Part shown: positions 12,242 to 25,674 of the stretch, one piece after another
Numbering within the stretch: the stretch's first letter is position 1
Layout: every line of letters starts with the position of its first letter
Source: Eledone cirrhosa
Taxonomy: Eukaryota
NCBI GenBank assembly: GCA_964016885.1
Contig: OZ024759.1
Location: 26,784,001 to 26,848,000 of the forward strand
Direction: 5' to 3'
Length of the DNA: 64,000 nt
Notes under the pieces: generated by a model
Database searches by the model: none
What the model was told of the DNA's origin: nothing
What the model saw: the letters and a program-made list of their open reading frames with translations, nothing else
Made by a program: the position numbers and the translations under genes

Positions 12242-12455
12242 CTAATGATTTTTTAGGCAAGCCAGCACGTCTGCAGCGTTACCTCGGGCGATGGCGAGGC
12301 TGAGGAGCTGGAACAACCAAGTGCCCTCACGAGCTTCACCAGTCACCTTCGTCAGGCTAGCCGCCAGTGAAGATAGGTATCTCGCAGTCAGTATCCCGAC
12401 TCCCCCAAACGCCACAGGCTGGAAAATGTAGTTGGCCGACAGATCACAGTATTAC
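12242..12455 (-). mobile_element. C-terminus of CRE-like non-LTR ORF (also 24043-24256, 57846-58060)
   Basis: Hand translation: YCDLSANYIFQPVAFGGVGILTARYLSSLAASLTKVTGEAREGTWLFQLLSLAIARGNAADVLACLKNH*. Confidence 0.75.
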
Positions 12456-12475
12456 TTAACAGTGATAGATATTCT

Positions 12476-12552
12476 GTCTAAAGGAGGGGCGTGCAACAGG
12501 CGGCCCGCGGGCCACAATCGAGCCCACCTGACCAGTCAGAGTGGCCCGCAAT
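12476..12552 (+). mobile_element. hAT-like MITE terminus preceding the 55-bp VNTR
   Basis: GTCTAAAG|GAGGGGCGTGCAAC..GCGGCCCGCGGGCCACA...GTGGCCCGC resembles CAGGGG..CGGCCCGCGGGCC hAT ends. Confidence 0.45.
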
Positions 12553-12604
12553 GACTGTTGTAGGCTTATTTAGAATTTTTTCCATACCCGTAATACTTCT
12601 GTTA

Positions 12605-12971
12605 GTTGACCTATACTAAAGGACTTCACTGATAGGGTTATATGTGTTATAATTTCCCAGTTGACCTATACTAAAGGACTTCACTGATAGGGTTATATGT
12701 GTTATAGTTTCCCAGTTGACCTATACTAAAGGGCTTCACTGATAGAGTTATATGTGTTATAGTTTCCCAGAGGGCTTCACTGATAGGGTTATATGTGTTA
12801 TAATTTCCCAGTTGACCTATACTAAAGGACTTCACTGATAGGGTTATATGTGTTATAGTTTCCCAGTTGACCTATACTAAAGGACTTCACTGATAGGGTT
12901 ATATGTGTTATCGTTTCCCAGTTGACCTATACTAAAGGGCTTCACTGATAGAGTTATATGTGTTATAGTTT
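12605..12971. repeat. 55-bp minisatellite, 6 full + 1 truncated units
   Basis: Unit GTTGACCTATACTAAAGGACTTCACTGATAGGGTTATATGTGTTATAGTTTCCCA. Confidence 0.95.
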
Positions 12972-13214
12972 GAAACAAACTACCTGCATCAGTTATTATA
13001 CTTTTATAACACCGCTATATTACCTACATGAAAGAGGTAAATATTTATTTCTCTTGTCTTCTTAAATGTATAGAACATTTTTCTTATATATATTCTTAAC
13101 ATAGCTAGGACCGTTTATTATTTACTAGTCTCTACTCCTAGGACTTTGCTGGTCTCATGTCCCCTCCATCAACACACACTCGGTAGAAAGCTGGTCGTCG
13201 GATGTAAAGTGGCC

Positions 13215-13350
13215 CTGATTACAGGTCTAGTATTGAAGCCTTTCGGCTTGAGCCTTGCTGATGCCGACACAGTTCCTGTGGTAGTTTTGGTAGCACAGGT
13301 GACATTTTATTGTATTTAGGTACCTGCTAGTGCGGACACAGAGAGCACAA
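13215..13350 (-). pseudogene. Decayed PHD-finger fragment (copy 2; further copies at ~25335-25480 and ~59085-59230)
   Basis: This copy retains HRNC: IKCHLCYQNYHRNCVGISKAQAERLQY*TCNQG. Confidence 0.62.
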
Positions 13351-15142
13351 CCAGGTGGTGAGCTGGCAACGACCAAGTGTAGAGGGCCAGCTTTGAAATT
13401 CGAGCGACGGAGTGAACTAGTAAAAGAGGCAGGGTAAGCAGCATTGGTTCTAACGGTGGGACTAGAACGGAGGTTGGGTGGTGCTGGGGGTGGGCTAACA
13501 GCTAACAGTTGTAGGAGTGGTGGGGGTTTGCTAGGATTAATTTTTACATCTGTCTGTGAACTCTTGAAAAAGCAACATACAATTGTCCAGGGTTAAATAC
13601 TTGCTCAGGGAGGAACAGACCCACTTTATCATGTATTTGACCATGGTTCTTGTTGATTGTCATGGCATATGACAGTCTTAATGGAAACTGGGGTCTTTCC
13701 AAAGTAAAAGGGATGTTGGCACCACTGGGGGATAACTTCAGTCTTGGGATCAAAACACACCTGCCCATGAAAGGACCATAGATATGAGAAGCTTTGATAA
13801 AATGTTTATGCAGTTCTACTACTTCTAATCTTGTGCCATTACATAATCTGTTCTGGATTGAAATATTCCATAGAAGCATTATTATTGATCCTGCTTATAA
13901 TTGGAGTTTGTGAGGCGGCATCCCAGAAGGTGTAAGCAAGTTCATTTAGCTTGAACCAGGCAGCAAGGGTCCCTGCATTTCTACCACAACCTGAGCATTG
14001 CCTCTTTGAAAGTAAACTCTGTTTGTTCTCCAGGTGTGTGGCTAGGCTGTATACTGTATGTGATGTACCATGAAGCTTAAATTCCGAGAGACACGACACT
14101 GCTTCTGACTGAGACACATACCTGCAACAAAGATAGGTTCTTATTTCATCATGGTTGTGTTGGTTCTGAGCCTCATTAGGTAATGCATTATTCGTTACTT
14201 CTATAGATGTACAATCATGCCCCATGTAACATATTTAAAGAGGTACTTGACACTTTTTACAGAAGCGCAAACTTCAACATTAATATGTGCACAATATTTC
14301 TTAAGCAAAAAGGCATTAAATGGCATAACATTCCTGTTATCTACTGAATGTCATCCAATTTACACTGCAGTTCCTGTCTTGCACCTCCTGTACTCTGGGT
14401 ATCCATTTAGGTTCAATAATGTTTCCCTTCTGTAGGTTTTTGGATAGTTCTTTTTGAAAAATCCATTTTGTATAAATGGGGGAAAAGGGTTTCCAGAACC
14501 ACATGGCCTGTGGATCATAAACTTTTAAACCTGCTCATGTAGTACTGAATCATCTTCCAATGCAGGTATTTCTGCTGACACGATTCTGTCAATGTCTTCT
14601 CTGTTTCTTATCTTGTCTTCATTTTTTAAGGCTCAGTGTTATCATCTGTTTAGATAATTCATTAAACCATTATACTCATCCACTCACAATTGGGCTTGAT
14701 TGTTCCTCAAATATTGAAGCCTGCATCCCTCTACTTTCATATAGGCATCCACTAAATACTGCTAAAATAATTTACCTGCCCTATATATCGCACTAAATCC
14801 TCCTCTATATGCTATACAGTATATGTAATACTCCTGCATTGTCAGTCTATTGCAAACACAGGTCCTACATTCCTCTCCATGGCACTATGCCACCAAAATT
14901 CACCATTATGGGTCGGTCATGAGGTCCAAGTGGCATGAATTATGTGGTATTTTCTGAGGAGGATGGTCTTTAGGAAAGATGATAATATCTCTTTGTACAG
15001 GTGGTGTGCCCTCAATCCCCCACAAAACAGCAGCTATCATTACTAGTTGGTAAATTAGAGCAGCTCATATCTGATCCTCTTCTAAATCTTAATTCACAGT
15101 TCTGTACACGACAATTTTCTCTTCTTGCACTTTGCTGTTTGA

Positions 15143-16174
15143 GATGAAACAAGATAGCAATGTCCATAACATTACATGTCAGAATTATTAGCCACAGGGG
15201 CAGAGATGTCCATAACATTACATGTCAGAATTATTAGCCACCGGGGCAGAGATGTCCATAACATTACATGTCAGAATTATTAGCCACAGGGGCAGAGATG
15301 TCCATAACATTACATGACAGAATTATTAGCCACAGGGGCAGAGATGACCATAACATTACATGACAGATTTATTAGCCACAGGTGCAGAGATGACCATAAC
15401 ATTACATGACAGAATTATTAACCACAGGGGCAGAGATGACCATAACATTACATGACAATTATTAGCCCCAGGGGCAGATATGTCCATAACATTACATGAC
15501 AGAGTTTCATCTCGCGCTCTCTCTCTCTCGTTTCATCTCGCTCTCTCTCTCTCTCGTTTCATCTCTGTCTTCCTCTCTCTCATTTCATCTCTGTCTTCCT
15601 CTCTGTCGTTCCATCTCTCTCTTCCTCTCTCTCGTTCCATCTCTCTCTTCCTCTCTCTCGTTTCATCACTCTCTCTCGTTTCATCCCTATTTCTCTCTCT
15701 CGTTTCATCTGTCTCTCTCTCTGTCGTTTCATCTCCCTCTATCTCTCTCTCGCTCTCTCATTTCATCTCTCTCTCCCTCTCGTTTCATCTCGCTCTCTCT
15801 CTCCTGTTTCATCTCGCTCTCTCTCTCCTGTTTCATCTCGCTCTCTCTCTCCTGTTTCATCTCGCTCTCTAGTCTCGTTTCCTCTCTCTCTCATTTCATC
15901 TCGCTCTCTCTCTCTCATTTCATCTCGCTCTCACTCTCTCTCATTTCATATCGCTCTCTCTCTCTCATTTCATCTCGCTCTCACTCTCTCATTTCATCTC
16001 GCTCTCACTCTCTCTCATTTCATCTCGCTCTCTCTCTCTCTCTCGTTTCATCTCGCTCTCTCTCTCTCATTTCCTGTCGCTCTCACTCTCTCTCATTTCA
16101 TCTCGCACTCACTCTCTCATTTCATCTCGCTCTCTCTCTCTCTCGTTTCATCTCGCTCTCTCTGTCTCATTTCA

Positions 16175-16206
<32 letters not shown>

Positions 16207-17728
16207 GTTTCATCTCGCTCTCTCTCTCTCATTTCATCTCACTCTCTCTCTCTCTCTCGTTTCATCTCGCTCTCTCTCTCTCGTTCCATCTTGCTCTCTC
16301 TCTCTCTTCCTCTGTCTCTTGTTTCAACACTCTAATCCCTCACTTGTTTCATCTCTCTCTAATCCCTCACTTGTTTCATCTCTCTCTTGTTTCAATTCGT
16401 TCTCTCTCTCTCTCTCTCTTTCTCTCCCCTCTCTCTCTTGTTTCATCCCTCACCCTCTTGTTTCATCCCCCCTCTCCCTTTTCCTCTCTCTCTCTTCCTC
16501 TCTCTTTCTCTTTCTCTCTCTCTCTTCCTCTCTCTCTCTCTTCCTCTCTCTCTCTCTCTTCCTCTCTCTCTCTCTTTCACACTCTATCTCCGACTCGTTT
16601 CATCACTCTCTCCCCTCTCTCCCCTCACCCTCTTGTTTCAACTCTTTCTTCGTTTCAACTATCTCTCCTCTCGTTTCAACTCTCTCTCTCTCTCTCCTCT
16701 CGTTACAACTCTCTCTCTCTCTCCTCTCGTTTCAACTCTCTCTCTCTTTTCTCGTTTCAACTCTCTCCTCTCTTGTTTCAACTCTCTCACCTCTCGTTTC
16801 AACTCTTTCTCTCTGTGTCTCCAATGTGTAATAAACCGTGACTCATATATATATACCGAAGTATGTACATAAACACATACATACACGCATGTGTATATAT
16901 ATATACATACATGTGTCTCTCTCTCTCCCTATATATATGTATATATGTATAAATATGTACATACATATTAGTGTATATATATTGCTATCTATATGCATAT
17001 TTGTATAATTATACTGTATGGTGAATTGGCAGTATCGGTAGAGGGTCTGACGCCATGCTTTCCAGCATAGTTACGTCCCTTTACGATCCGAGGTTAACTT
17101 TGCCTTTCATCCTTACGGGGTCGATAAAATAAAGTACCAGTAATGTACTGGTTAATTGCTGGCCGTGTGCCTAAAGTAGAAACAATTATTAGTTCAAAGT
17201 GAAACCACCATCCTACCTGAAATATTATGTTATCATATTAAATATTTCTTATACTGTCATGTTTTTTCTTTAAAACGATTGCATCTCAATAAAGTGAAGA
17301 AAACTATTATATACTGTTGTTATATCATTATACTTTAGTTTTAACATTTCTATGTGTATAAATATAATGTATGTAAGTGTGTTTGAAAATATATAATAAT
17401 AATATGCATGTTTGAAGCAGGGTTCAACTGAAATATCTATACCAGTAACTTAATTAGTGTTACACCTTAGGCATAAACTATTTGGCATTCTTTGAAGGAG
17501 GTACTAGGTTTTTTGCTGTCTTAAATGGAGTATACACGCGCACACGATGCATATATATAAATTGTTTTTCTCTGTACAAAGAGATTGACATCATTTCTTA
17601 AATCATTATTTAGGGTTTTACAACAAAACATATTGTATGTGTAATTATACAAATTGAATTTAAGTATTTATTTTAAAATTTTACATACACTTTAGTAGTA
17701 TATATATATATATATATATATTCATTTG
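15143..17728. repeat. Composite insertion: 46-bp minisatellite (~7 units), GTTTCATC-punctuated (CT)n block, (TA)n, SINE and AT-rich segment
   Basis: Absent from copies 1, 3 and the 59-62 kb copy. TGA is present at both junctions (15140-15142 and 17729-17731). Confidence 0.88.
17019..17190 (+). mobile_element. tRNA-derived SINE (second subcopy; also 42709-42880)
   Basis: GGTGAATTGGCAGTATCGGTAGAG...TTTGCCTTTCATCCTTACGGGGTCGATAAAATAAAGTACCAGT. Confidence 0.8.
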
Positions 17729-18594
17729 TGATGCCATGCATTGTATTGTACACTTCGACATATGGATTATATTCATGCAACACCTCTCATATCATAGCCA
17801 TTTTTTGTGGTGAGCAGTCATTATTTGTTGGGACTAGGGCAGTGGATTGGCAGTATCGGTAGAGCGTCAGACACCATGCTTTGCAGCATAGGGTTATGGC
17901 CCTTTACGTTCTGGGTTCAAATCCCTCTAAGGTTGACTTTGTTTTCATCCTTATGAGGTCGATAGAATAAAGTACCAGTAATTGCTGGCCTTGTGCCAGA
18001 AACAATTATTTGGTTGTACTTCCAATCTGTGCTACACACCTTCGTTCCCATCAATAATATATAACTGGCCATATTGTGGTGTATTTTCTGCAGGTTACAG
18101 AGATGGGTGTGTATTGATATGTTTGACCCTGAATATGAAATCTATACGGGCCTCTGCCGGGTGGTAACACCAAATGAAGTGAAATAAATGTAGTTTTAAT
18201 TGCAGATGTTTCTGTGAAATCAACTGCTTCCTGGCCTCTTTCAAAGAGATTTCTCAGTCTCTCAGGGTATATTTGCAATGGTGGCAACACTACCTTTCCT
18301 TTATTACAACAGTTACAATTTTCATTTCTAAATTTCAAAGCTCCACAGTGATCACACGAAACATTCATATCACTAATATGAAATTCTTCTACATTTCCAT
18401 TAATATTAATTGTTGGCCAATTTCTCTTACGACGCTCATTATCCATTCTTCTCTGTCTGAATGTTTTCCATTCTAAGTCTATTTGCATGGAATAATTATA
18501 TTCTGTTGTTTATTATGTAATTAAATAGCTCTGTACAATACATAGAGCATTCTTCTTTTCTTTACCTTTTCTATGGAAATACAAGAACAAACAG

Positions 18595-18628
<34 letters not shown>

Positions 18629-20554
18629 ATATACATAAACAAGACTGTTATTGCTCCAACCAGTCTATTTACCTTTGATAACTATCCTAAATATAAATAC
18701 ACCTATACCATACATACACATATCATATATGTTTTTGATGCCGTGGTATAGCAGAGATAAGCAAGAAGAGAAAAGAAAATGAAAATGAGAAAAAAAAAGA
18801 AGTAAGAAGTCGGGGGAGGGACAGACACTTCACTCCTGTCGTCTTTCCTCCCGACTTTATGGAGGAAATCAGCAGTACAGGGACCAAGTATGGCAGAGGT
18901 CTCAATGGAGTGGAAGAGGTGAGTCAGGCCTTGGTACTATCTTACTATCCTTTGCATTGCGGGGTGTGGAGCCTAGGTTTGTGGCTGTAACTATATTTGA
19001 ACTTTTATATGAAATTTCAGTTTTATATTTTTCACATCTTAAAACTTAATCTTAGTCTTTTGCAGCTCATCTTGTTTCATCTCGCAGCACACGATTTGGG
19101 AACCACTGCTCTAGAGTTAGAAAAAGTATATTTTATGCAGGGCTTCCCTGAGACATAAAAACTATTTCAAGAGATCGACATGGGTAGAAAGGTTGAGAAA
19201 TGCTGCACAATGTTCTTTGGTTTTTGTTCACCTTTAAATAATCATGTATAAAATATCGGGTGTGCAAGATTTCATGAAAAGGTATAACATTATTTATGCT
19301 GATCTTGCAGGAACTAGCTCCAATTGAGAGTTGTACCAATTCCCACTAAACTCGAAACTCCTGGACAATATATACATATCTTTATAAGTTCCTGTGTATT
19401 GTGTCGTTGTATAATGAAACATAAATATATACCATGCATGTCAGTCAGATTTGAACTCACTATATTTGGCGTTTTATAGATATAATTTGTTTGTTAAAAC
19501 AATTGATTAAATAATAACTAAATAAAATTAATTCTACAATCCTGGATAGGGAATGAACTTATAACTTCATAATAGAAGCCATCTATTCGAGCAGTATTGC
19601 CATCTAAGCCACCAGGTTACTTACAGAACTTCATTCAAATATAAAATATAAAATATATGCCAGACATAGTGAGTTCGAATCTGACTGATTAGTTGGTCAT
19701 TGTCCCAGCCAACAGTTTAAATCGCCAACCAGTAGGTGACATCGACTAGGTTGGGAAAACTTGGTTAAGTAGCTCCAATTATTGCTACATTAGACATATT
19801 CAAGACTTATCGACACCGAATGGAAGAAAGGTAAAGTTGAACTCAGAGTAAAGAACTGGAAAAATACTGCAAAGAATTCTATCTGATGTTCTAACAATTC
19901 TACCAAATTACCTTATGTATATATATTTATATCTAGAGATAAGAAGAAAACTGAAAGAAAGAAAAAAAAAAAATGAGACCTTATATGTAACCCATGACCG
20001 GGATTGAAACCGAAACCAGGACTACCACCATCTCTGGTATCACCCACCAGACCACCATGAAAGATACAAAAATCTGCTTTTTTAATATTTATAAGCCTAC
20101 TTTCAATATTAAAGTAATTAACATGTGGTGTTGTTCATGCCTTTCTCTATGTTATTGGTAAAAAATAAAGTATTTAAACCTCAAATTTTGTTATTCAAAT
20201 ATGCTTGCTTATGTAATTATAAATGTCACAGAATACACACACATATATAGATGTGAAAATATTCAGGACCCCAACGGCTGTGCTACTGCCGTTTCGACAT
20301 CTATATATATATCTTCTAGTCCTAGGCTCTTTCAGCGCAGAAAGAATTCTCCAATGATCACAATCAGCTAATGGTGCCCAGTGGAAGCACTTTAGTCTAA
20401 TTATAACCCCAACGATCACGATTAGCGGCGGCTTTTTCGAGTCTGAGGTTGACTGCCAGATATATATATATATCTATATATATATATATATTTTTATACT
20501 TTGCTAGAATCCCGGAGAACAACAGAAAGATGCTGAGTTCAGAGTTTAAAAAAC

Positions 20555-21215
20555 ATGTCCCCTTTAATATAAAAACAATCCGTGTCTTGTAAAAGTGTTA
20601 TTACTGTAATATAAAGTAGAAACCCTTTATTTAAACAAAGCTGCGATGCAGCGATCATCAAAGCAAACCCCAAAATGTAAACAAACTTCTCGCAGGTGCT
20701 GCCAGATACACGATAACATGTGTATACGAAGTGTAACAGGGAGTTGGGTCGTATTATATGACTTTCAAATTGACCCCTATTATATTCAAATTATCCCCTG
20801 TGGGGCGTGCACCCCACGTTGAGAATCCCTCATAAATAAATATATGTGAGTGTGTTGCTATGACTGCTATTTCTAGCAGGTTTACTGCAGTCCTGTAGAC
20901 GCACAACAAAAACCGGAAGTGGCAGCCATTAAAAAACTTTGGCTTAAAATCAGCCAAAAGATTTTCAATAATAGTAAAATTTTATTTTTGACAAGGACGA
21001 TAACTTTTGTCTTACTTAATCGCAAAAATCGAGGCAAAAATTTTGAGGGTGTGCAGTTTACACGCTAAAAATAAACCTGCTAGAAATAGCAGTCATAGCA
21101 ACTCACTTACATATATTTATATATCATATATATATATATATGATATATATATGGACACTTTAGAAATAGCAGCGAATAACAGAAAGGACACACACACACA
21201 CACATATATATATAT

Positions 21216-21266
<51 letters not shown>

Positions 21267-21666
21267 TATATATATATGCCCCAGCATACACACACACACA
21301 CACATATATATACATATATATATGCCCCAGCATGGTCTTGGACGATCGTCTAACTAAGGCCAATAATAAAATACTTCAAAATAAATTAATCACTACTAAA
21401 TCCGGGGTTACAACTTGGATTACTTAAAAGTCAGTAAAGCTGTAAAGATTCTATATTGTAAATAGGTGGTCGCATGTTCGAATCCGGGCAAATCCCGAGA
21501 AAAATAACAAAAAGAAGGACAATGTAAAAATAGCAGCCATAGACGAGAGGAGGACACACACACATGTATATATATATATATGTGTGTCTGTGTATGTGTT
21601 TGGCTGCTATATATATATATAGCGGTCAACACACACACACGTACATATATAAGTGTGTGTGTTTGG

Positions 21667-21702
<36 letters not shown>

Positions 21703-22264
21703 ATATAAATATATGTGAGTTGCTATGACTGCTATTTCTAGCAGGTTTATTTTAGCGTGTAAACTGCACACCCGCAAAATTTTTGCCTCGATTTTTGCGA
21801 TTAAGTAAGACAAAAGTTATCGTCCTTGTCAAAAATAAAATTTTACTATTATTGAAAATCTTTTTGCTGATTTTAAGCCAAAGTATTTTAATGGCTGCCA
21901 CTTCCGGTTTTTGTTGTGCGTCTACAGGACAGCCATAAACCTACTAGAAATAGCAGTCATAACAACACACTTATGTATATTTATATATCAGGGATTCTCA
22001 ACGAAGGGTACACGCCCCACAGGGGGCAATTTGAATTTAATAGGGGCCAATTAGAAAGTGATATAATACGACCAAACTTCCAGTTACACTTTGTTCACAT
22101 GTTATCCTGTATCTGGCAGCAGCTACGAGAAGTTTGTTTATATTTTGAAGTTTGTTTTGATCATCGCGGCATCGTAGCTTTGTTTAATTAAAGCATTTCT
22201 ACTTTATATTACAGTAGTAACACTTTTACAAGACTCGGTTTATTTCTATATTAAAGGGGAACAT
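20555..22264. repeat. 1.7-kb inverted-repeat element with ~550-bp arms (duplicated at 54369-56084)
   Basis: The left end ATGTCCCCTTTAATATAAAAACAATCCG pairs with the right end CGGTTTATTTCTATATTAAAGGGGAACAT. Mirrored spurious ORFs at 21007(+) and 21813(-). Confidence 0.85.
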
Positions 22265-24405
22265 AAACCTAATTTTTAAACGTTGAGGTGGGGCGTGGAG
22301 CAAAAAAGGTTTGGAACTACTGAAGACAACGAATCATCGTTTTTATTAATGTAAACAAACTTCTCGCAGGTGCTGCCAGATACACGATAACATGTGTATA
22401 CGAAGTGTAACAGGGAGTTGGGTCGTATTATATGACTTTCAAATTGACCCCTATTATATTCAAATTATCCCCTGTGGGGCGTGCACCCCACGTTGAGAAT
22501 CCCTCATAAATAAATATATGTGAGTGTGTTGCTATGACTGCTATTTCTAGCAGGTTTACTGCAGTCCTGTAGACGCACAACAAAAACCGGAAGTGGCAGC
22601 CATTAAAAAACTTTGGCTTAAAATCAGGCAAAAGTTTTTTAACAATTTGCCAAGAAAGATAACTCTTGTCTTACTTAATCGCAAAAATCGAGGCAAAAAT
22701 TTTGCGGGTGTGCAGTTTGTTTGGTGTATTTGACTGCTATTTCTAGCATATATGGACACTTTAGAAATAGCAGCGAAACACGGGAAACATAAGAAAGAAG
22801 GTCACACACGTATATATATATATATATAATTATGTATCTGTATATATATATATATATATACATATATACATATATATATGCACAGATATATACATTTAAA
22901 TATATATATTTATATATACATACACGCGCGCACACACACCTATACGTAGATATTGGTGTGTGTATAGCTGGTATATATATATATCTATGGGTGAGTGTAT
23001 AGCTGGTATATATATATATATATATATAGGTGTGTGTCCTTCTTTCTGCTGTTTTCCGTTTTTCGATGCTATTTCTAAAGTGTCCATACATGCTAGAAAT
23101 AGCAGTCATAGAAACACACTCACATATATTTATTTATGAGGGATTCTCAACGTGGGGTGCACGCCCCACAGGGCATAATTTGAATATCCCCCTCTTTATA
23201 TCAATTAGCACTAACTCTCTCCCTCTCTATATCTACTACACGGCACTCTCTTCCAATACCCCTCTCTATATGAAGTAACACCAAACTCTCCCCCTCTCTA
23301 TATATTAAGCACTAAGTCAGGAATTTTTTTCTTCTTTCGTGCAGAGAGAGTAAAGTTGATTAAATCTACTGCAGTGAATTACTGGTATTTTATTTAATAA
23401 AAATTAAAATTTACTATTTGTCTTCGTTTAATTTTCGTTTTTCTTTACATAGTTTCGTTTCGTTAAATGTCTCCAGAATTTGTTTTTACTTTTACCGGAT
23501 ATTGAAGGTGTAAACTTGGTGTTGTCTAGAAACGTGTTAGAAATATTTTTCTTTTAATTGTGAAGAATTTAACCGCAAAGTAAGTTTTTTTTACTGTTTA
23601 TTTGTGGCTGGGACAACGTATGGTATGTGTTAATGTAAATGGTGAAGGTTTAAAGATTCTTTTTACAACTGAAAATCGGTTTGTTGTTGCTGCTAATTAC
23701 TTAACGCATGGAATAGATTAAAAAAATACAGGATTGTTTCTCGGAAGAGAGGAAGAAGAAACAAATCACAGAAGCGGGTAGCACACACATTTGGGACCAC
23801 ATACAACACAAAAACAGGTAATCCATACAATCTGGGACCACATACAACACACCAGCAGGTAATACATACATCTAGGACCACATAAGCAGGTAATAGACAC
23901 ATCTAGGACCACATACAACACACAAGCAGGTAATACCCACATCTAGGACGACATACAACCAAAGGCAGGCGAAAGGGGTGGACAAACGAGCTGCTACTAG
24001 ATCAAAAGATAACAGTATCGCGAGGAGCACTGGGAAACCTCTCTAATGATTTTTTAGGCAAGCCAGCACGTCTGCAGCGTTACCTCGGGCGATGGCGAGG
24101 CTGAGGAGCTGGAACAACCAAGTGCCCTCACGAGCTTCACCAGTCACCTTCGTCAGGCTAGCCGCCAGTGAAGATAGGAATCTCGCAGTCAGTATCCCGA
24201 CTCCCCCAAACGCCACAGGCTGGAAAATGTAGTTGGCCGACAGATCACAGTATTACTTAACAGTGATAGATATTCTGTCTAAAGGAGGGGCGTACAACAG
24301 GCGGCCCGCGGGCCACAATCGAGCCCACCTGACCAGTCAGAGTGGCCCGCAATGACTCTTGTAGGCTTATTTAGAATTTTTTCCATACCCGTAATACTTC
24401 TGTTA

Positions 24406-25102
24406 GTTGACCTATACTAAAGGACTTCACTGATAGGGTTATATGTGTTATAATTTCCCAGTTGACCTATACTAAAGGACTTCACTGATAGGGTTATATG
24501 TGTTATAGTTTCCCAGTTGACCTATACTAAAGGACTTCACTGATAGGGTTATATGTGTTATAGTTTCCCAGTTGACCTATACTAAAGGACTTCACTGATA
24601 GGGTTATATGTGTTATAATTTCCCAGTTGACCTATACTAAAGGACTTCACTGATAGGGTTATATGTGTTATAGTTTCCCAGTTGACCTATACTAAAGGAC
24701 TTCACTGATAGGGTTATATGTGTTATAGTTTCCCAGTTGACCTATACTAAAGGGCTTCACTGATAGAGTTATATGTGTTATAGTTTCCCAGAGGGCTTCA
24801 CTGATAGGGTTATATGTGTTATAGTTTCCCAGTTGACCTATACTAAAGGACTTCACTGATAGGGTTATATGTGTTATAGTTTCCCAGTTGACCTATACTA
24901 AAGGACTTCACTGATAGGGTTATATGTGTTATAGTTTCCCAGTTGACCTATACTAAAGGACTTCACTGATAGGGTTATATGTGTTATAGTTTCCCTGTTG
25001 ACCTATACTAAAGGACTTCACTGATGGGGTTATATGTGTTATAGTTTCCCAGTTGACCTATACTAAAGGGCTTCACTGATAGAGTTATATGTGTTATAGT
25101 TT
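24406..25102. repeat. 55-bp minisatellite, 12 full + 1 truncated units
   Basis: Same unit as at 12605. Confidence 0.95.
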
Positions 25103-25674
25103 GAAACAAACTACCCGCATCAGTTATTATACTTTTATAACACCGCTATATTACCTACATGAAAGAGGTAAATATTTATTTCTCTTGTCTTCTTAAATGT
25201 ATAGAACATTTTTCTTATATATATTCTTAACATAGCTAGGACCGTTTATTATTTACTAGTCTCTACTCCTAGGACTTTGCTGGTCTCATGTCCCCTCCAT
25301 CAACACACACTCGGTAGAAAGCTGGTCGTCGGAGGTAAAGTGGCCCTGATTACAGGTCTAGTATTGAAGCCTTTCGGCTTGAGCCTTGCTGATGCCGACA
25401 GAGTTCCTGTGGTAGTTTTGGTAGCACAGCTGACATTTTATTGTGTTTAGGTACCGGCTAGTGCGGACACAGAGAGCACAACCAGGTGGTGAGCTGGCAA
25501 CGACCAAGTGTAGAGGGCCAGCTTTGAAATTCGAGCGACGGAGTGAACTAGTAAAAGAGGCAGGGTAAGCAGCATTGGTTCTAACGGTGGGACTAGAACG
25601 GAGGTTGGGTGGTGCTGGGGGTGGGCTAACAGCTAACAGTTGTAGGAGTGGTGGGGGTTTGCTAGGATTAATTT

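Larger units (their letters stand above)
13544..18488 (-). mobile_element. Helitron pseudogene copy 2, interrupted by a 2.6-kb insertion (15143-17728)
   Basis: Same ORF fragments as copy 1 (LCNGTRL, QFPLRLSYAMTINK, CDHCGALKF). The sequence CTGTTTGA|TGCCATG is split by the insertion. Confidence 0.92.

Noticed and set aside
24406-25102. 55-bp and 46-bp arrays as CRISPR or ncRNA clusters
   Set aside because: These are contiguous tandem units with no spacers and no recognisable RNA-gene structure.
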